DNA of 64,000 bases, from assembly GCA_010909165.1 (NCBI GenBank), contig VJWM01000063.1, positions 496,001-560,000 of the forward strand, written 5' to 3'. Below are positions 21,001 to 33,552 of the stretch, piece after piece. How positions within the stretch are numbered: position 1 is the stretch's first letter; each line of letters begins with the position of its first letter. The notes under the pieces are model-generated. The model saw only the letters and a list, made by a program, of their open reading frames with translations. It was not told the origin of the DNA and ran no database searches. The DNA is from Anthoceros angustus (lineage: Eukaryota > Plantae > Anthocerotophyta). The translations under genes were made by a program, and so were the position numbers.

Positions 21001-21330
21001 AAGAACGATGCTGCGGCATACCTGTTGGTGTCAGACGTATATGCTGATGCCCAGATGTAGACCGTGCAAGGGATTTGGGCAGACATGGATGACTGGTCCT
21101 GAGCTTTTCAGTTGAGGACAACAAGTATCAGGGGAGTGAAGCAAGGCTGAAAGATTGATGTGAGCCACATTTGGCGGGCATGTTTCATGAGAATACATCC
21201 TTGTGTGGGCACAGCAAGAAGCTGTAAGTGTCTACCGAGGGTGCCGCTGTGAAAACCCCGCGCGAAGATGATAATATTGCCACGGGCTAGGTCGAGGGGA
21301 ACGTGATGTGTGAATGCATATGTACAATGT
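20240..21330 (+). pseudogene. PPR PLS-E-DYW pseudogene
   Basis: VQEEGMAPVDFVTLFCLVQACANVAAL (with an ~83-bp 3x tandem duplication at 20313-20520); E motif [41 protein letters not shown]; DYW remnant ENTSLCGHSKKL* at ~21190-21230; stops and indels. Confidence 0.85.
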
Positions 21331-23465
21331 GTCAAGATTCAATCCTGTGGGGCCACTCGCACCCTGAAGTCCTCACTCGCCTGGGAGGGAACCGCTTCAT
21401 TTTGCGTGTTGAGACGAGTACACTTGGCTTAATAAGACCAGTCAACCTCATCTGAGCTGTCCACAACCAGAACTGAGAGGGCGGTGACAGGTGGTGGACG
21501 AGCCTCCATGAAATTCATGCTATTCTGGGGCATGAAGTCTGCTTGGACGGAGATGGATCGATGGATTTGGCGCAGGGCACCAGCCTGCAAAGCTGCGCAG
21601 GGAGCATCAGAAGATTCGTGTCTCCAGACATGACAGACAAAACACCACACATGGAAGGACCCATCGAGCGGCCATTGTAAGGCCCGTCGCAAACTAAAGC
21701 CCGTGAGCACCCGCTACGGGCACCCGTGCACACCAGTCACGAGTAGACAGCACGGTCAGGCAATCAATGTGTATGTGGGGATGATTTGTTGGCCTGCAAA
21801 GCCCTAATCGGAGCTGCCTTAGGTGCTTCCAGGTGCCCGGACCGCTCCGGCAGCGCAACTGGGGACTGCTGGCGCGCCGGGCACTGGTCTCTCGTTGTTG
21901 CTTCGCGCGCGCGGCCACTCTCAACCTGTGTCTTCACTCCAGTTTTGATCTAGGGGCAGCTTTATCTTTATCACTGGGCAGACGATGGTTGAAAATGGCG
22001 CGATCCACATCCCGAACTGGAAGTGGGGACGTAGGTTTAGAGTGGCCATGGAGCGAAGCCAGTCAGCTGGACGAGCTGGTGCACAACTCCGTGGCATGAT
22101 TTCTGTGCTTTGTGTTGTGATGCTAGAGAGCAGATCTTCTTTTCTGCCACTTGTCCAACTGAACTGAGTTTGTTTGATCAACAGCGCAAACTGAGTTGCG
22201 CAGCCGCTCAGAGAGAGCTGAAGTTGCGCGGGGGTTGATTCGCTCCCGGTCCCCCTCCCGGACTCCGAGTGAGAAATCTGAGTGAAGGGGACTCGGTTGA
22301 CCACTGCTGTGAGCCTCAGCCATCGATATCCTTCCTGGCCATTTTTGCCATCATGCAGGTGTTTGTGAGTACAGCCGCTTGAAGCAGTTAGCTTTGCGAG
22401 TAGGTTGTTCCTGCTATGGCTCTCGGAGATGTTTTTCTAGCGTTTTCGTGATTGACATGTCTGATGTACTCTTGACTCTGAGAAACTCAGGGACTGGCGC
22501 GATCAGTTTATGCTATGCACATTGATGACGATGGCATAATCAGCCTTGATGACACAGGTATCTCACCTTGACCCTCTGAGAAAGCTGTCTAATTGTGTCT
22601 TTTTATAAGCTATCAGTGTCCAAGTTTCCTAAAGGGTAGAGGTGTTGGCACTGGATTTAAATGCCTTGGAGAAATAAGGAACTCTGTTCTGGCTAGTTTG
22701 CAAACGGTAAGCTCTCAGCTAAAATTTCCTGGAGGCGATGTGCTGCAGAAGTGACCCTGAATTTAATTGTGGTTCCTCGCAGATGGACAGCAACAGGGAT
22801 AGCATGGTTGACTTCATTGAATTTGTCATCGAACCCTACATTCTCATCTGCACCGAAAATGGGAGGCTGGACACTCCAAGAAATGGGAGAAGGTATCAAG
22901 GGCAGCATTGAAGGAACAACTCCGTATACTCTCATGCTAGGAACATATCTTATTGTTTGGCACGGGCAGTTGCCATTTCCAACATGATACAACATGCTAA
23001 GCCAGAAGTCATTTTGAGTTTTGTAGTTGTGCTTGTGGTTATGGCCATCAGCGCCCATTGTTGTTGCTGTTCAGGGAAGGTTTTACAGATGATCCCCGTG
23101 GCCAAGGAAGGTCAGACATCGGAAAAGATAGCTGCCTACGTACATTAGACTAGTGTAGCATCATGATAAGGTCTGACCGAATTCGGAATGTGATGGATAG
23201 ACTGTCCAACTACTGGAATCTTCTGGTCTATTAGAATTGAATTGCCTGTTGCCCTACAGCGTCTGTGAAACCGTTTCCTACAGTGATTCAATTCTCCGTA
23301 CATATTCTTCGTCTCCCTAGGTGCATAAAGCTCTGTCACCCATATTAAAGAATCTGATCATGGGTTAGGAAACACAGATCAAGATCACAGCTTAATAGCA
23401 TGAGCGATATCAAGATAAACAGTCAGGTTACAGAGTCAGGCTCAGACTCCATTACACAGACGTGG
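20990..23465 (-). repeat. Inverted, more diverged copy of the right half of the 4.3 kb unit
   Basis: Reverse complement matches ~8340-10760 (e.g. GGCACAGCAAGAAGCTGTAAGTGTCTACCGA at ~21208; GAGTCTGAGCCTGACTCTGT at ~23440). Confidence 0.88.
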
Positions 23466-24349
23466 TTGCCAACCCAAGGAATTGGATGGCAAGAGTCCTT
23501 GGTTGGGTTGAAGGATTGGATGAGGAATGCAATGGGAGCATGCGGCCACAATCACAGCAGCCGGCCGAAAGAAGAAGAGTGATATCCATCCTTACCAAAG
23601 TCTTTAAGCACGCAAGGTTGATGTGCAGCACGAAGACTTGCCCCAGTTCTGTCCAAGTACACAATGGTTGCAAGTGACGACAAACACAAAACAGCATTCA
23701 TATGCACTGCAATTCTGGGACTATCATAATGAAATCATACTGCACTGAGATTCTAGGGCATCGATGTGAGGCGCAAGGGCCCCTTGGCCAGCGCGCTACT
23801 CATAGAATCTAGTCCTTCCTGCCTAGCTTCAACATCGCAAAGGAAAGACATTTAAATGCCAACAAAATATCGTAGTGCAGGAAGGAATCGAGAATGGAGG
23901 TAGCCTCTTCACCACTTTCAAACAGCTATCCTTCACATCAGGCCCGCCCACTGAACCGCGCAGGGATGAGAGTGGAGCCCTGTTCCTGCGGTGAAGGTGA
24001 TACCATGGAGCTCAGCAAGGTGCTTCAGCAGGCGCACTCCGTACATATGAACATAACTTCCCAGCGCGACTGTCAAACATGCTAGCCGCGTGTGACGTGT
24101 CATTGTTGTCAGAGGTAGGTCCCAAAAGGGGTACAGTATGTAATCAGAATGGAGGTGACCCTGCCTGAAAACCTGCATAACATAGTACGAGCGTTTTTTT
24201 GGAGTCCTTCAACATGATCCATGAATGCCTCCCTGGCAACATCTTGGAAGAAAGTAAAACAATTGCGGCCAAAATCTCATCATACTTGAGTCTGGGAGGC
24301 CCTGAGTCCTTACAAGGCTGGCTATGCAGGAATAAGGCATGGCAGGAGC

Positions 24350-25040
24350 CGATTCCGTCAAATTTTTTTGGTCTGGTGCAGGCATGTGCAAATCAAGCAG
24401 CCTTGAATCAAAGCCAAGGCAGCTTCATGCGCAAACGAAAGAAGCAGGGCTTCAAGCTGATATGCTTGTAGCAGGCCTAGGCAGTTTGATAAACATGTAT
24501 GGAAAGTGTGGTAGCATGGAGGATGCACAGCAGGTTTTTGAGGCAATGGCCAAAAGGGATACACTTGGACGATAAGAAAAGAAAAGGATTCACTGATTGC
24601 AGTGTATCCTTCAGCCTACAGCCAGACGGCATCACCTTCTCTTGTGTATTAGCAGTCTTTGTAATTAGTCGTAGCGTAACGGGTCGAGTGAACGAAGGGA
24701 GAAAGTACTTTGAGGCGATGAGCAGACAGTACTCTTGCGTGGTGCATCTCCTGGGTCGTGCAGGATGTCTGGATGAGGCACCATCGTTAGTAAGGACAAT
24801 GCCATTTCCACCTGATGCTGGAGTTTGGAACACTCTGAAGGGTGCTTGTCGAAAGTGGAGCAATCTGGAGGTGGTCGCCATGCTTTTGATGAAGAAGTGA
24901 AGCTGGACAACAACGATGCTGCATCGTATTTGATCATGGCAAGCATTTTTGCTTACGTCTAGATGTGAGAGTGTGCACCGGAGGTGCAGCCATGGAAAGC
25001 AGGAGTTGGAGCCTGAAAGGAGCCAGGCCAGAGTGATGTG
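24350..25040 (+). pseudogene. PPR PLS-E(-PG box) pseudogene
   Basis: QLHAQTKEAGLQADMLV..SLINMYGKCGSMEDAQQVFEAM; SLQPDGITFSCVL; YSCVVHLLGRAGCLDEAPSLVRTMPFPPDAGVWNTLKGACRKWSNLE; KAGVGA*KEPGQS. Confidence 0.85.
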
Positions 25041-25960
25041 ATCTGTTCAGTGCTATGTTGTGTGACACAACAGCTGGGCAATTGGCATACCAACTGTTGG
25101 CATGTGTCCGTCTGCTCCCAATTATCACAACTTGCGTTGGTATGCTTCCAGTGGGTATGCGGTACTGCGGTTCCAAATTCCAAAGCTATCACAGACTGTC
25201 AAAGATGTCAGAAGCGTGAGATATGTCAGACAGTTGTCATTGAGAAAAATAGGCCCCGAAATGGGCAGCCAGAACTACAGAAGCGGTTCTCCGGGTCAAA
25301 ATCCTGTCAGGATACACTGCGAGGAGCGGTTTTTTGGAGTATACTGTATGTACCGTCCTCAAGGAAGTTGGGCTGTGAGATTCTGTGAAACATGAACAAT
25401 GTGAACATGAATTCCTCTCCCTTGCAACATCTCAATGGAAGGAAGCAAAAGAATTGCGGCCAAAATTCTTAAACTTTGAATATGCTACATAATTCGGGAG
25501 GAGTATGATTCCCAATCTAATGATGACACTAACCTATGTAGAATTCTATGAAGAACAGCTCATGGACTTCAGAATTAGAATCAAAGCTCTCACACAAACT
25601 TCCGCTCAATTTGTTGGCAGGCGGAAACCTTGGAGAGGCTTCTCAAGATTCCGAGGCTGAAGTTCGTGGGAACCGATTTTCCATACACATCATCAACACT
25701 TTCAAGGTAGTGAGATGCCTGAGAGGTAGAAGTGGAGCAAAGGTGCCCATTGCCTGCAACCAGAAGGAAGAAATTGTCACGTACTGCGAAGAGCGTAGAG
25801 ATCTTCAGTGACCAGTGCCAAATCACAGATCAAAAGTAGCCGGAAGCCAAATGTTCAGCACAGGTGTCCGATGGCACACAGCTGTGATTGCAGGCAATAA
25901 AAAATCATAAATCATGGAGGGGAAGGAAGTGCACCTCCTATTCAAGGCAGAGTCGATCCT

Positions 25961-26317
25961 CTAAGGGCAGAAGGTCGGACAATTGTTCTTCACAAGGAGG
26001 AGCCTGCTGAGCGGATCTGGCAAAGAGCAGACATCGATCGGGGCTTTCTCCAGGCGGCATCCTCTGGCCGCGTCCAGCGCCAGAAGGCAGCAATTTGCCA
26101 CCGTGAGCGGCAAAGGCGCGTGGATAGTGTTGATCACCTCAATCTGGCACATCCGGAAAGCTCGCCGAAATGCTCCCACTCCGCACGCCTTGTTGTGGTG
26201 CCCGCGCGTCACCGCGTCTGTCTCTCCTTCACTGCCGGTGCCGGCCATCACCACCGGGATCAAAAATGCTACCAGAATCGCTGCTGCAACACTTCTTCCC
26301 CTCCGGATTGCAGCCAT
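25961..26317 (-). CDS. Small secreted cysteine-rich protein (118 aa), prolamin-like/ECA1-type Cys spacing
   Basis: ATG at 26317; signal-peptide-like MAAIRRGRSVAAAILVAFLIPVVMA; 8 Cys spaced C-x11-C-x18-CC-x9-C-x9-C-x15-C-x3-C; single exon. Confidence 0.72.
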   Translation of the reverse strand: MAAIRRGRSVAAAILVAFLIPVVMAGTGSEGETDAVTRGHHNKACGVGAFRRAFRMCQIEVINTIHAPLPLTVANCCLLALDAARGCRLEKAPIDVCSLPDPLSRLLLVKNNCPTFCP

Positions 26318-27665
26318 GCTTGCTCCCACTCCCGCTGCCGAATTTTCCTGTCAGTCTTGCTTCAAAATCTTGAGCCTGTTGCAGCTGGCCACAGGAGGTC
26401 CTAGAAGCTCGGATACCGCGTCCTCCCAGCAGAGAAAGCGGGAAACCAGCTCGAGGAGAGAAGCATCCAGACAAGAGCAGGCGAGGCAGTTCCAGTGTCC
26501 GAATCGATCCAGTAATGTCGGATTAAGACAAGCTCCCGTACCCTCCGCTCGCAGGACAGGCTCATAGTCTTAGCTGCACACAGCACAGCGGCGGAAATCA
26601 AATTTGTGGCCGTGCGGAGGGAGCGGCGCAGGCGCATGGATCGAGGTGGAGCGGCATCCCTGCTGAGCACGGCTGGCGTCCAATGTGCATGGCCATGCAT
26701 TGCGGCGAGGTGAGGCTGTGCGCGTCGCGCTGCGACGTGGGAGGCGGGCAGGAAGGAAGTGGAGGGAACGGGACGGCGTCGCATTGGGTGGCTCTATCTT
26801 CCTGCACGGGATTCCGAGCCGTCCGCACCACACGCTTCTTCCATCTTACACTTGACCCCAGGAAATAATCTCAAATAGTACCCCTTCTGATGAGCCTCGT
26901 GTCTGCACTTTCTCGCTGCACAGTACCGTGTGCACTTCGGCCAATCGTGGTCTAACTTCACTCTATCGTATCTGACCTGTGAATTCACAACCATGTGGAT
27001 CGATCTGAAAAATATTAAATGCCCTTTGTTCGAGACATCCCAGTATACGGCTTTTAAGTGCTCTTGGTTCGACATCCCAGTACACGGCTTGCCTTTCTGT
27101 CATCGTGAATGATTGTTGCTTCGACTTTTCAAGCACCCTCAGTGGAATCTTCCTACCCCTTACCCAATCAGGTGGTTGCTGGCTACTCTTCCATTCTGAT
27201 TTTCGTCAAAGTGAAGAGGAGCTCGGGGTCCTTGCTGCCCCACGTATCTGCAAGATCTTATATCTCTTTCACCTCTACACATCAGAATCCAGCACTATCT
27301 ATGGCTGCAATATTTCCATGAGTTCACCTCTACACATCAGGAAACCAGCACAATCCATGTACGCAAGAATACACACCTCTGATACTGTGCATCAGAAACC
27401 AGCACCTGTTTAAGGTTGCATGTGCTCTAGATTGATGCGCACAGGTGTATAGATTTTTGCGTCTGATCTCTCAGAATGTACAGAAGGTATTGTTCTTACG
27501 GTGCAGCGGAACTTGGCGAAGTAACCGCTTAATTAAGTAACGTTTCGTGATTGGCACGAAGCGTGCCCTAATGCTTAGGACGCTACATATCTCAACACTC
27601 CCACTTAGCGTGCATGCATTAGGTACTTAAGTTGTGATGCTAGTCTAGCCTAGCTCGAACTACTA

Positions 27666-30600
27666 CTAAACATCTCTGATAATTTTCTCAGCCCCATGGA
27701 TGCGCAGTGTTGTTGATGCTTGACGGAGCTGAGTGCCTTGGTCGGGATATCTCGCCATTTGCTCTGGACAATACAAAACTTCTAATTTACCATCTTTAAC
27801 CACTTTTCGGATGAAATGAAATTGCACTTCAATGTGCTTGGTGCGCGCATGGAACTTGGGATTATAGGTGAGTGAGATGGCGCCTTGGTTGTCGCAGTAG
27901 AGAGGTCTTGGCAAAAGTTGCACTTCTCCCACCAAAGTTGGAGCGTTGCCAAAGTCCCTCCTTGCTAGCATGTGTTAATGAGTGCATACTGTGGAGCTTA
28001 AGGCTACAACTTGTTGCCGCTTGCTACTCCAGCTAGTGGTCATCCCTCCTAGCGTGTATACATAGCCGATGCTCCTCCCGAGGCCATGATCTCCAGCCCA
28101 ATCAGCATCACTGAATCCTTGGAGTTGGAGAGGCTCACCTGGCTTGGTGGATGACTGATATAGAAGTCCCATGTCAGAGGTGGATCTAAGATATCTGAAG
28201 ATCCGCTTGATGGCCTTCCAGTGCTGTTGTGTAGGAGAGGACAAGAACTGGGAGAGAGCTCCCACTGGAAAAGCGAGGTCTGGCCTGGTGCAAACCATTA
28301 AATACATAAGGCTGCCGACTGCTGAGGAGTAAGGAAAGTCATTGGAGTTGAGACTTTCACTTGAGTCTTCGTCTGCCTTAATGAGCTTGAGATTCACTTC
28401 CATTGGTGTGGAAATGGGTTTAGAGTCGACATGTTATACTTAGATAGGACCTCATGAACGTATTTGGATTGATGTATTAATATGCTTCTAGATTCCTGCG
28501 TCTAACTATAATTCCTAGACAATAAGATAGGTCCCCGCATGTGGTCATAGCAAAACGTTTCGAAAGCATTGACCTGGTGTCTTCTAACATAGACTTGGAA
28601 TTGGACATAAGTACTATGTCATCTACATATACGGCAAGAAGAATGAAGTGGTTATTCGATCTATTGATATAGATATTGCTATCAGACTCTAGCTTAGCAA
28701 ATCCTAGTGCTTCTAGGGTTTCATCTAGCTTAGCATACCACTCCATAGCACTTTGTTTTAATCCGTAAAGTGCCTTCAATAATAAGCAAGTATTGTATAG
28801 TCTCCTGTCAACCTTTAATCCTTCAGGTATCTCCATATAAATGGTATGTTGGAGGTCACCATAGAGAAAGGCAGTTTTTATGTCCAGTTGCATGAGTTCA
28901 TAGTCATGATGAGAAGCTAGTGCTATGAGGGTTCTAAGTGAGGTGATCTTAAGTACTGGACTAAATGTCTCATCATAGTCAAATCCGTATTTTTGTGAGT
29001 AACCCTTGGCCACTAATCTAGCCTTATACCTTTCTATGCCGCCATCGCATTCAACTTGATTTTAAATGTCCACTTAGACCCTACAAGTTTTCTTCCTGGT
29101 AAGGTAGTAAGGGTCCAAGTTTTATTGGCTTTTAAGGAGTCTAACTCGACTTGATTGCTATCTTCCAATTTTCTCTTTCGGGCATGTGATGGCTTCCGAT
29201 AGTTAGCTGGGACAAACTGATCAATTGCGGCGGATAGGCAGTAAGCTAAAGTGTTTTTAGGATCTCTCCAATTAGTGGGTGAATATCTACGTATCTGACC
29301 TGCATTGCTACGTTGAGTGCGTCTTCCTCTTGTGTCGGGGATATTCGATGGCTGTGTTACATTTGCATCCAAGTCCTCAGGGTCAATGTCTTCATTTCCT
29401 AATAGGTCTTGAAGTTGTGTGGTATCCCTGGAATTATGTATATTAGATATACCATAAGAAATCTGATTCTGCTTGCTTGAGTGCCGATGAAATGAGATGT
29501 TTGAGGAAAGCGATGAGAAGTGGTCCGAAGTATGCGGTATGGGTCGAGCGCGAGCCACGGGTTGCCGGTGGCGATGTGTTGATCGCGCTCCGATGTGCAC
29601 GCGCGGTGAGTCTGCGCTGCCGGCGATGAAGTCGCATGCCTCGCGCACGATCCGGAAGGTAGTCATCTCGGTCTTCGCGTAATTGCTCGGCTAGACTCGG
29701 ATCTGCTTGTCCCGTCGCTCAGGGCCGGGATCGCGAAGGCCCGAGGGGCGGTGTGAGGGAGGCCGCAAGCGTCAAGTCAAGGTCGCCAAAGTGGATGGCT
29801 GGGCTCGAGGCTGGTTGTGCGGGTGTAGGAGGAGGCTGAAGTGGCTGCTGGAAAGGTGGAGGCTGGGCTAGGATAGGTGCAGGGGGAGCGGAGAGGTCGA
29901 CGACGGCCTCATCGTCGTCGCTGCTGTCAGGGTGAGGAGGAGACAAAGGTGTGAGGGCTCCCACTGCAGGGGGACCCGACATGTCCTCAAGAAAGGTAAC
30001 ATCCCTGGAGTGTGTGATGCGGTGAGTGTGAGGGTCCATAAGCTTGTAGCCTTTAATCCCAGCGGTGAAGCCAATGAAGAGGTAACGGCGGGCTCTATCA
30101 GCTAATTTGGTGCGAGTGGCCTTGGGGACGTGTGCATAAACAGGGGATCCGAAGACTCTAAGGTTGGAGAGGTCGGGTTTAGTGCCAGTCCAAGCTTCAT
30201 AGGGTGTCTGGTTGGGCAAGGCGGAGGTCAGTGTCCTGTTGGTGAGGTAAACAGCATGAGACATAGCTTCAGGCCAATAAGTCCGAGGGAGGTTGGCGTG
30301 GATAAGCATGGTAAGGCCACGATCCTGTACTGTCCTGTTCATCCTCTCGGCAACCCCGTTCTGCTGAGAAGTGTGGGGGGTTGTAATTTGTCTCACAATA
30401 CCAGATGTGGTGCAGAACTGCTGGAACGCATGAGAACCGTATTCACCTCCGCCGTCTGTGCGAATACATAAGAGGTGTGCGCCTGTTTGTTTCTCGGCCC
30501 AGGTCTGGTACTCTTGAAAACATTGTAGAGCTTGTTGCTTGTGCTTGAGGAGGTAGAGAACTGTGAATCGGGTGAAGTCATCAATGATTAGCATGAAATA

Positions 30601-32956
30601 GAGATAGCCGTGGATGGATCGTTGAAAAGGGCCGCAGAGGTCAGAGTGCACTAATTGCAATTTGTCGGTGGCTCTTGTGGCAGGGCCCTTGGGGAAAGGG
30701 GTACGATGACTTTTCCCAATAGTGCAGGCTGGGCAAATGCCGAAGTCTTCAATCTTCGTGAGGGGAAGACCAGTCGCTGCAGCTGTGGAGAGGGTTGCCT
30801 TCATCCTTTGTAGATTCATATGTCCCAAGCGTGCATGCCAGAGGAAGGTCTGACGTTGAGAAAGAGTTTGGGTGTGGGCAGAGAGGGAAGAGGGTGGGGC
30901 TTGGGGTGAGGTGACGTTGAGATGGTATAGGTCATCTTGCTGCAGGGCCCCTGTAGCGAGGAGTTCCCCTTGAGGGGTTTCAATGATGCAGCGACCGTCT
31001 CCGAAGCAGACATAGCAGCCGGATTCGTCGATTTTGCGGACGGAGAAGAGGTTTTTAGTGAGGCCCGGGACATGGAGGACATCTGTAATCTGAAGGGTGG
31101 AGGCGGGCTGCAAGGTGATTTCAACGGAACCCTGGCCATGTATGAGATGCCGGGTATCATCTCCAAGGCGATTGAGGTGGGGAGGCGGGGTGGAAGTCTG
31201 TGAAATAAGTGAATGGGAGTCATGTGTTGGGATGCCCCGGAGTCTATGTACCAAGTATGAGGGCCCTGGGCTATGAAACAGAAGCGACAAGGGCGAGAGG
31301 GTCATGGAGGTATGTGAGGTACGCCTTGGCATGTCGTCGCATAGTGATTGCGAGTTGTCCAAGAGGGTCGTCTTGAAGATTGGGTGTTGACCATGGATAA
31401 ACGTTTCCGCATTCCTCATAGGTGTGGCCGGGTATCTTGCAATAACCACAAGTAGGCCTCAAGTAGGGTTATATTGTCCTCGCCTCTGGGAAAGTTCCTC
31501 GGCCTCGTTGAAGTTGTCCGCGTGAACGGCCTCGCCTCAATCTTCGTGAGGGAAGACCCGGTGCAGTGGAGGGTTGCCTTCATCCTTTGTAGATTCATAT
31601 GTCCCAAGCGTGCATGCAGGAAGGTCGGCGTTGAGAAAGAGTTTGGTGTGGGCGAGAGGGAAGAGGGTGGGGCTTGGGGTGAGGTGACGTTGAGATGGTA
31701 TAGGTCATCTTCTGTGAGGTTCCAGGGGTTTCAATGATCGTGACCGTCTCGGCGGACATAGCGGGGATTCGTCGATTTTGCGGACGGAGAAGAGGTTTTT
31801 AGTGAGGCCCGGGACATGGAGGACATCTGTAATCTGAAGGGTGGAGGCGGGCTGCAAGGTGATTTCAACGGAACCCTGGCCATGTATGAGATGCCGGGTA
31901 TCATCTCCAAGGCTGACGTATTGAGGTGGGGAGGCAGGGTGGAAGTCTGTGAAATAAGCTGAATGGGGAGTCATGTGTTGGGATGCCCCGGAGTCTATGT
32001 ACCAAGTATGAGGGCCCTGGGCTATGAAACAGGAAGCGACAAGGGCAGAGGGCTGTGAGGTATGTGTGAGGTACGCCTTGGCATGTCGTCGCATAGTGAT
32101 TGCGAGTTGTCCAGTAGGTCGTCTTGAAGATTGGGTGTTGACCATGGATAAACGTTTCCTGCATTCCTCATAGGTGTGGCCGGGTATCTTGCAATAACCA
32201 CAAGTAGGCCTCCAAGTAGGGTTATATTGTCCTCTGCCTCTGGCTGGGAAAGTTCCTCGGCCTCGTTGAAGTTGTCCGCGTGAACGGCCTCTGCCTCTGA
32301 ATCTTCTACCAGTGAAGTAGGCGCTAGAGGTTGTATCCCCTGCGAAGGAATTATTGTGGAGTTTTCTTCTGGCCTCCTCAGTCAGCATTGCGCTGATGAC
32401 TTTGTTAACGGTGAGGGGCTTGACACCTTGTAGGGATTGGACCACGCTCACCCAGGATTCCGGCAGGGTAGAGAGCAAGAGGGCGGCGGAGAGGTCCTCT
32501 GAAATTGCGAATCCTGTCGCAAGGAATTTGGTCATCCAGCTCCTGAAGTTTATGGTATGATGATCTACTTGGTCCCCTTCATTCATCCTTAATCCGAAGA
32601 AATTCTTGATGGTGTGCACCGTGTGCATTATGTCTGTAGATGCGTAGATATCATGGAGCTGGGTCCAGGCTTGGGCAGCGGTTTCGACTCCAGCGATTTG
32701 TTGTACGTTTCCTGACCGCATGGATTGCATAATAATGTTTTTCGCCTGTTGGTTCTTGTCTTCCCAATCTTCTCTTTCCGCTTTCGGGCTGAGGCACCAG
32801 GTTGTGCTGACTATCGGGGTTGCCTATGCCCCCAACGTAGGCCCATAGCTTACGTTCCTTTAGTATTTCAGTGATTCTAAATTTCCAGACGGCGAAGTTA
32901 TGCTGCTGTCCGTCGAAACGATCCTCCTTTGATAGGCTGATGGAAGAGCCTGACAT
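27666..32956 (-). CDS. Copia gag-pol (frameshifted as assembled)
   Basis: gag start MSGSSISLSKEDRFDGQQHNFAVWKF; zinc knuckle CGYCKIPGHTYEEC; protease TWYIDSGASQHMT; LWHARLGH; integrase LVHSDLCGP / IRTDGGGEY / QQNGVAERMNRT; RT QLDIKTAFLYG / YVDD; RNase H SDADWAGD / CDNQGAI. Confidence 0.9.
30758..32306 (-). repeat. Internal ~0.78 kb tandem duplication in the Copia (knuckle-protease-pre-integrase)
   Basis: CGYCKIPGHTYEEC and the DSGASQH/DVLHVPGLTKNLFSVRKIDES region each occur twice; junctions share GAAGATT (AATCTTC at 30751, 31539, 32300). Confidence 0.88.
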
Positions 32957-33010
32957 TTTGGTGTGTGTAGTATGTATGTGTGCAGGCCAGTGGTGCTATT
33001 GTTGGATTGA

Positions 33011-33552
33011 CTATAGGAGGAAGACAGTATGTCTCACGAGGTGGTCTATGTTCAGCCTCATGGTAATAGAGATCAGGTATTTTCTGATTGTGTTTGTGCT
33101 TGGCTCTGTGGGATTGTAGTGAAGGGCTGTCAGTTTGTTGAGGATGCTATCCTGTATTTCCGTGATCTCCTGATCTGTGGGCACGATTATCAGATTGTGC
33201 TCTCGGCAGATGTTGGAAATGTGTGTAGATATCTTGTCTCTTATGTGTGGGACGGAGAGGTGCGATGTAATCTCGAAGTATGAAGTATAATCCTGGTGCG
33301 TCATGTTGTAAACAGGAACGCTACTTGAATGTAGCCCCAATCATGTTCAGTGGGGTCAACGAATCCTCGGAGGCACAATTCTTCTCCGATTAATGAGAGT
33401 ACTGAGCATGTTGTCGACCATGCATGGTGAAGTAAATCTTCATTGGCCTCCTTGAGAGCCTGCTGCTCCCTATGGAATCTTTGTGATTCCAAGAGCTCCG
33501 CTTGTCTGACGGCTCTGTTTTGTAGCCGTTGTTGCCTGCAGTAGCCTGGCAT
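33011..33552 (-). CDS. Extra ORF in the Copia 5' leader upstream of gag (two overlapping frames, ~180 aa if joined)
   Basis: ATG at 33552, 37 nt after the PBS (MPGYCRQQRLQNRAVRQAELLESQRF...); overlaps frame 33011-33340 (...HQDYTSYFEITSHLSVPHIRDKI...); ends 55 nt before the gag ATG. Confidence 0.45.

Noticed and set aside
26794-27075. Cys-containing frame (DWPKCTRYCAARKCRHEAHQKG) as an exon
   Set aside because: Plausible splice sites exist but no family was recognised and no partner exons could be linked.
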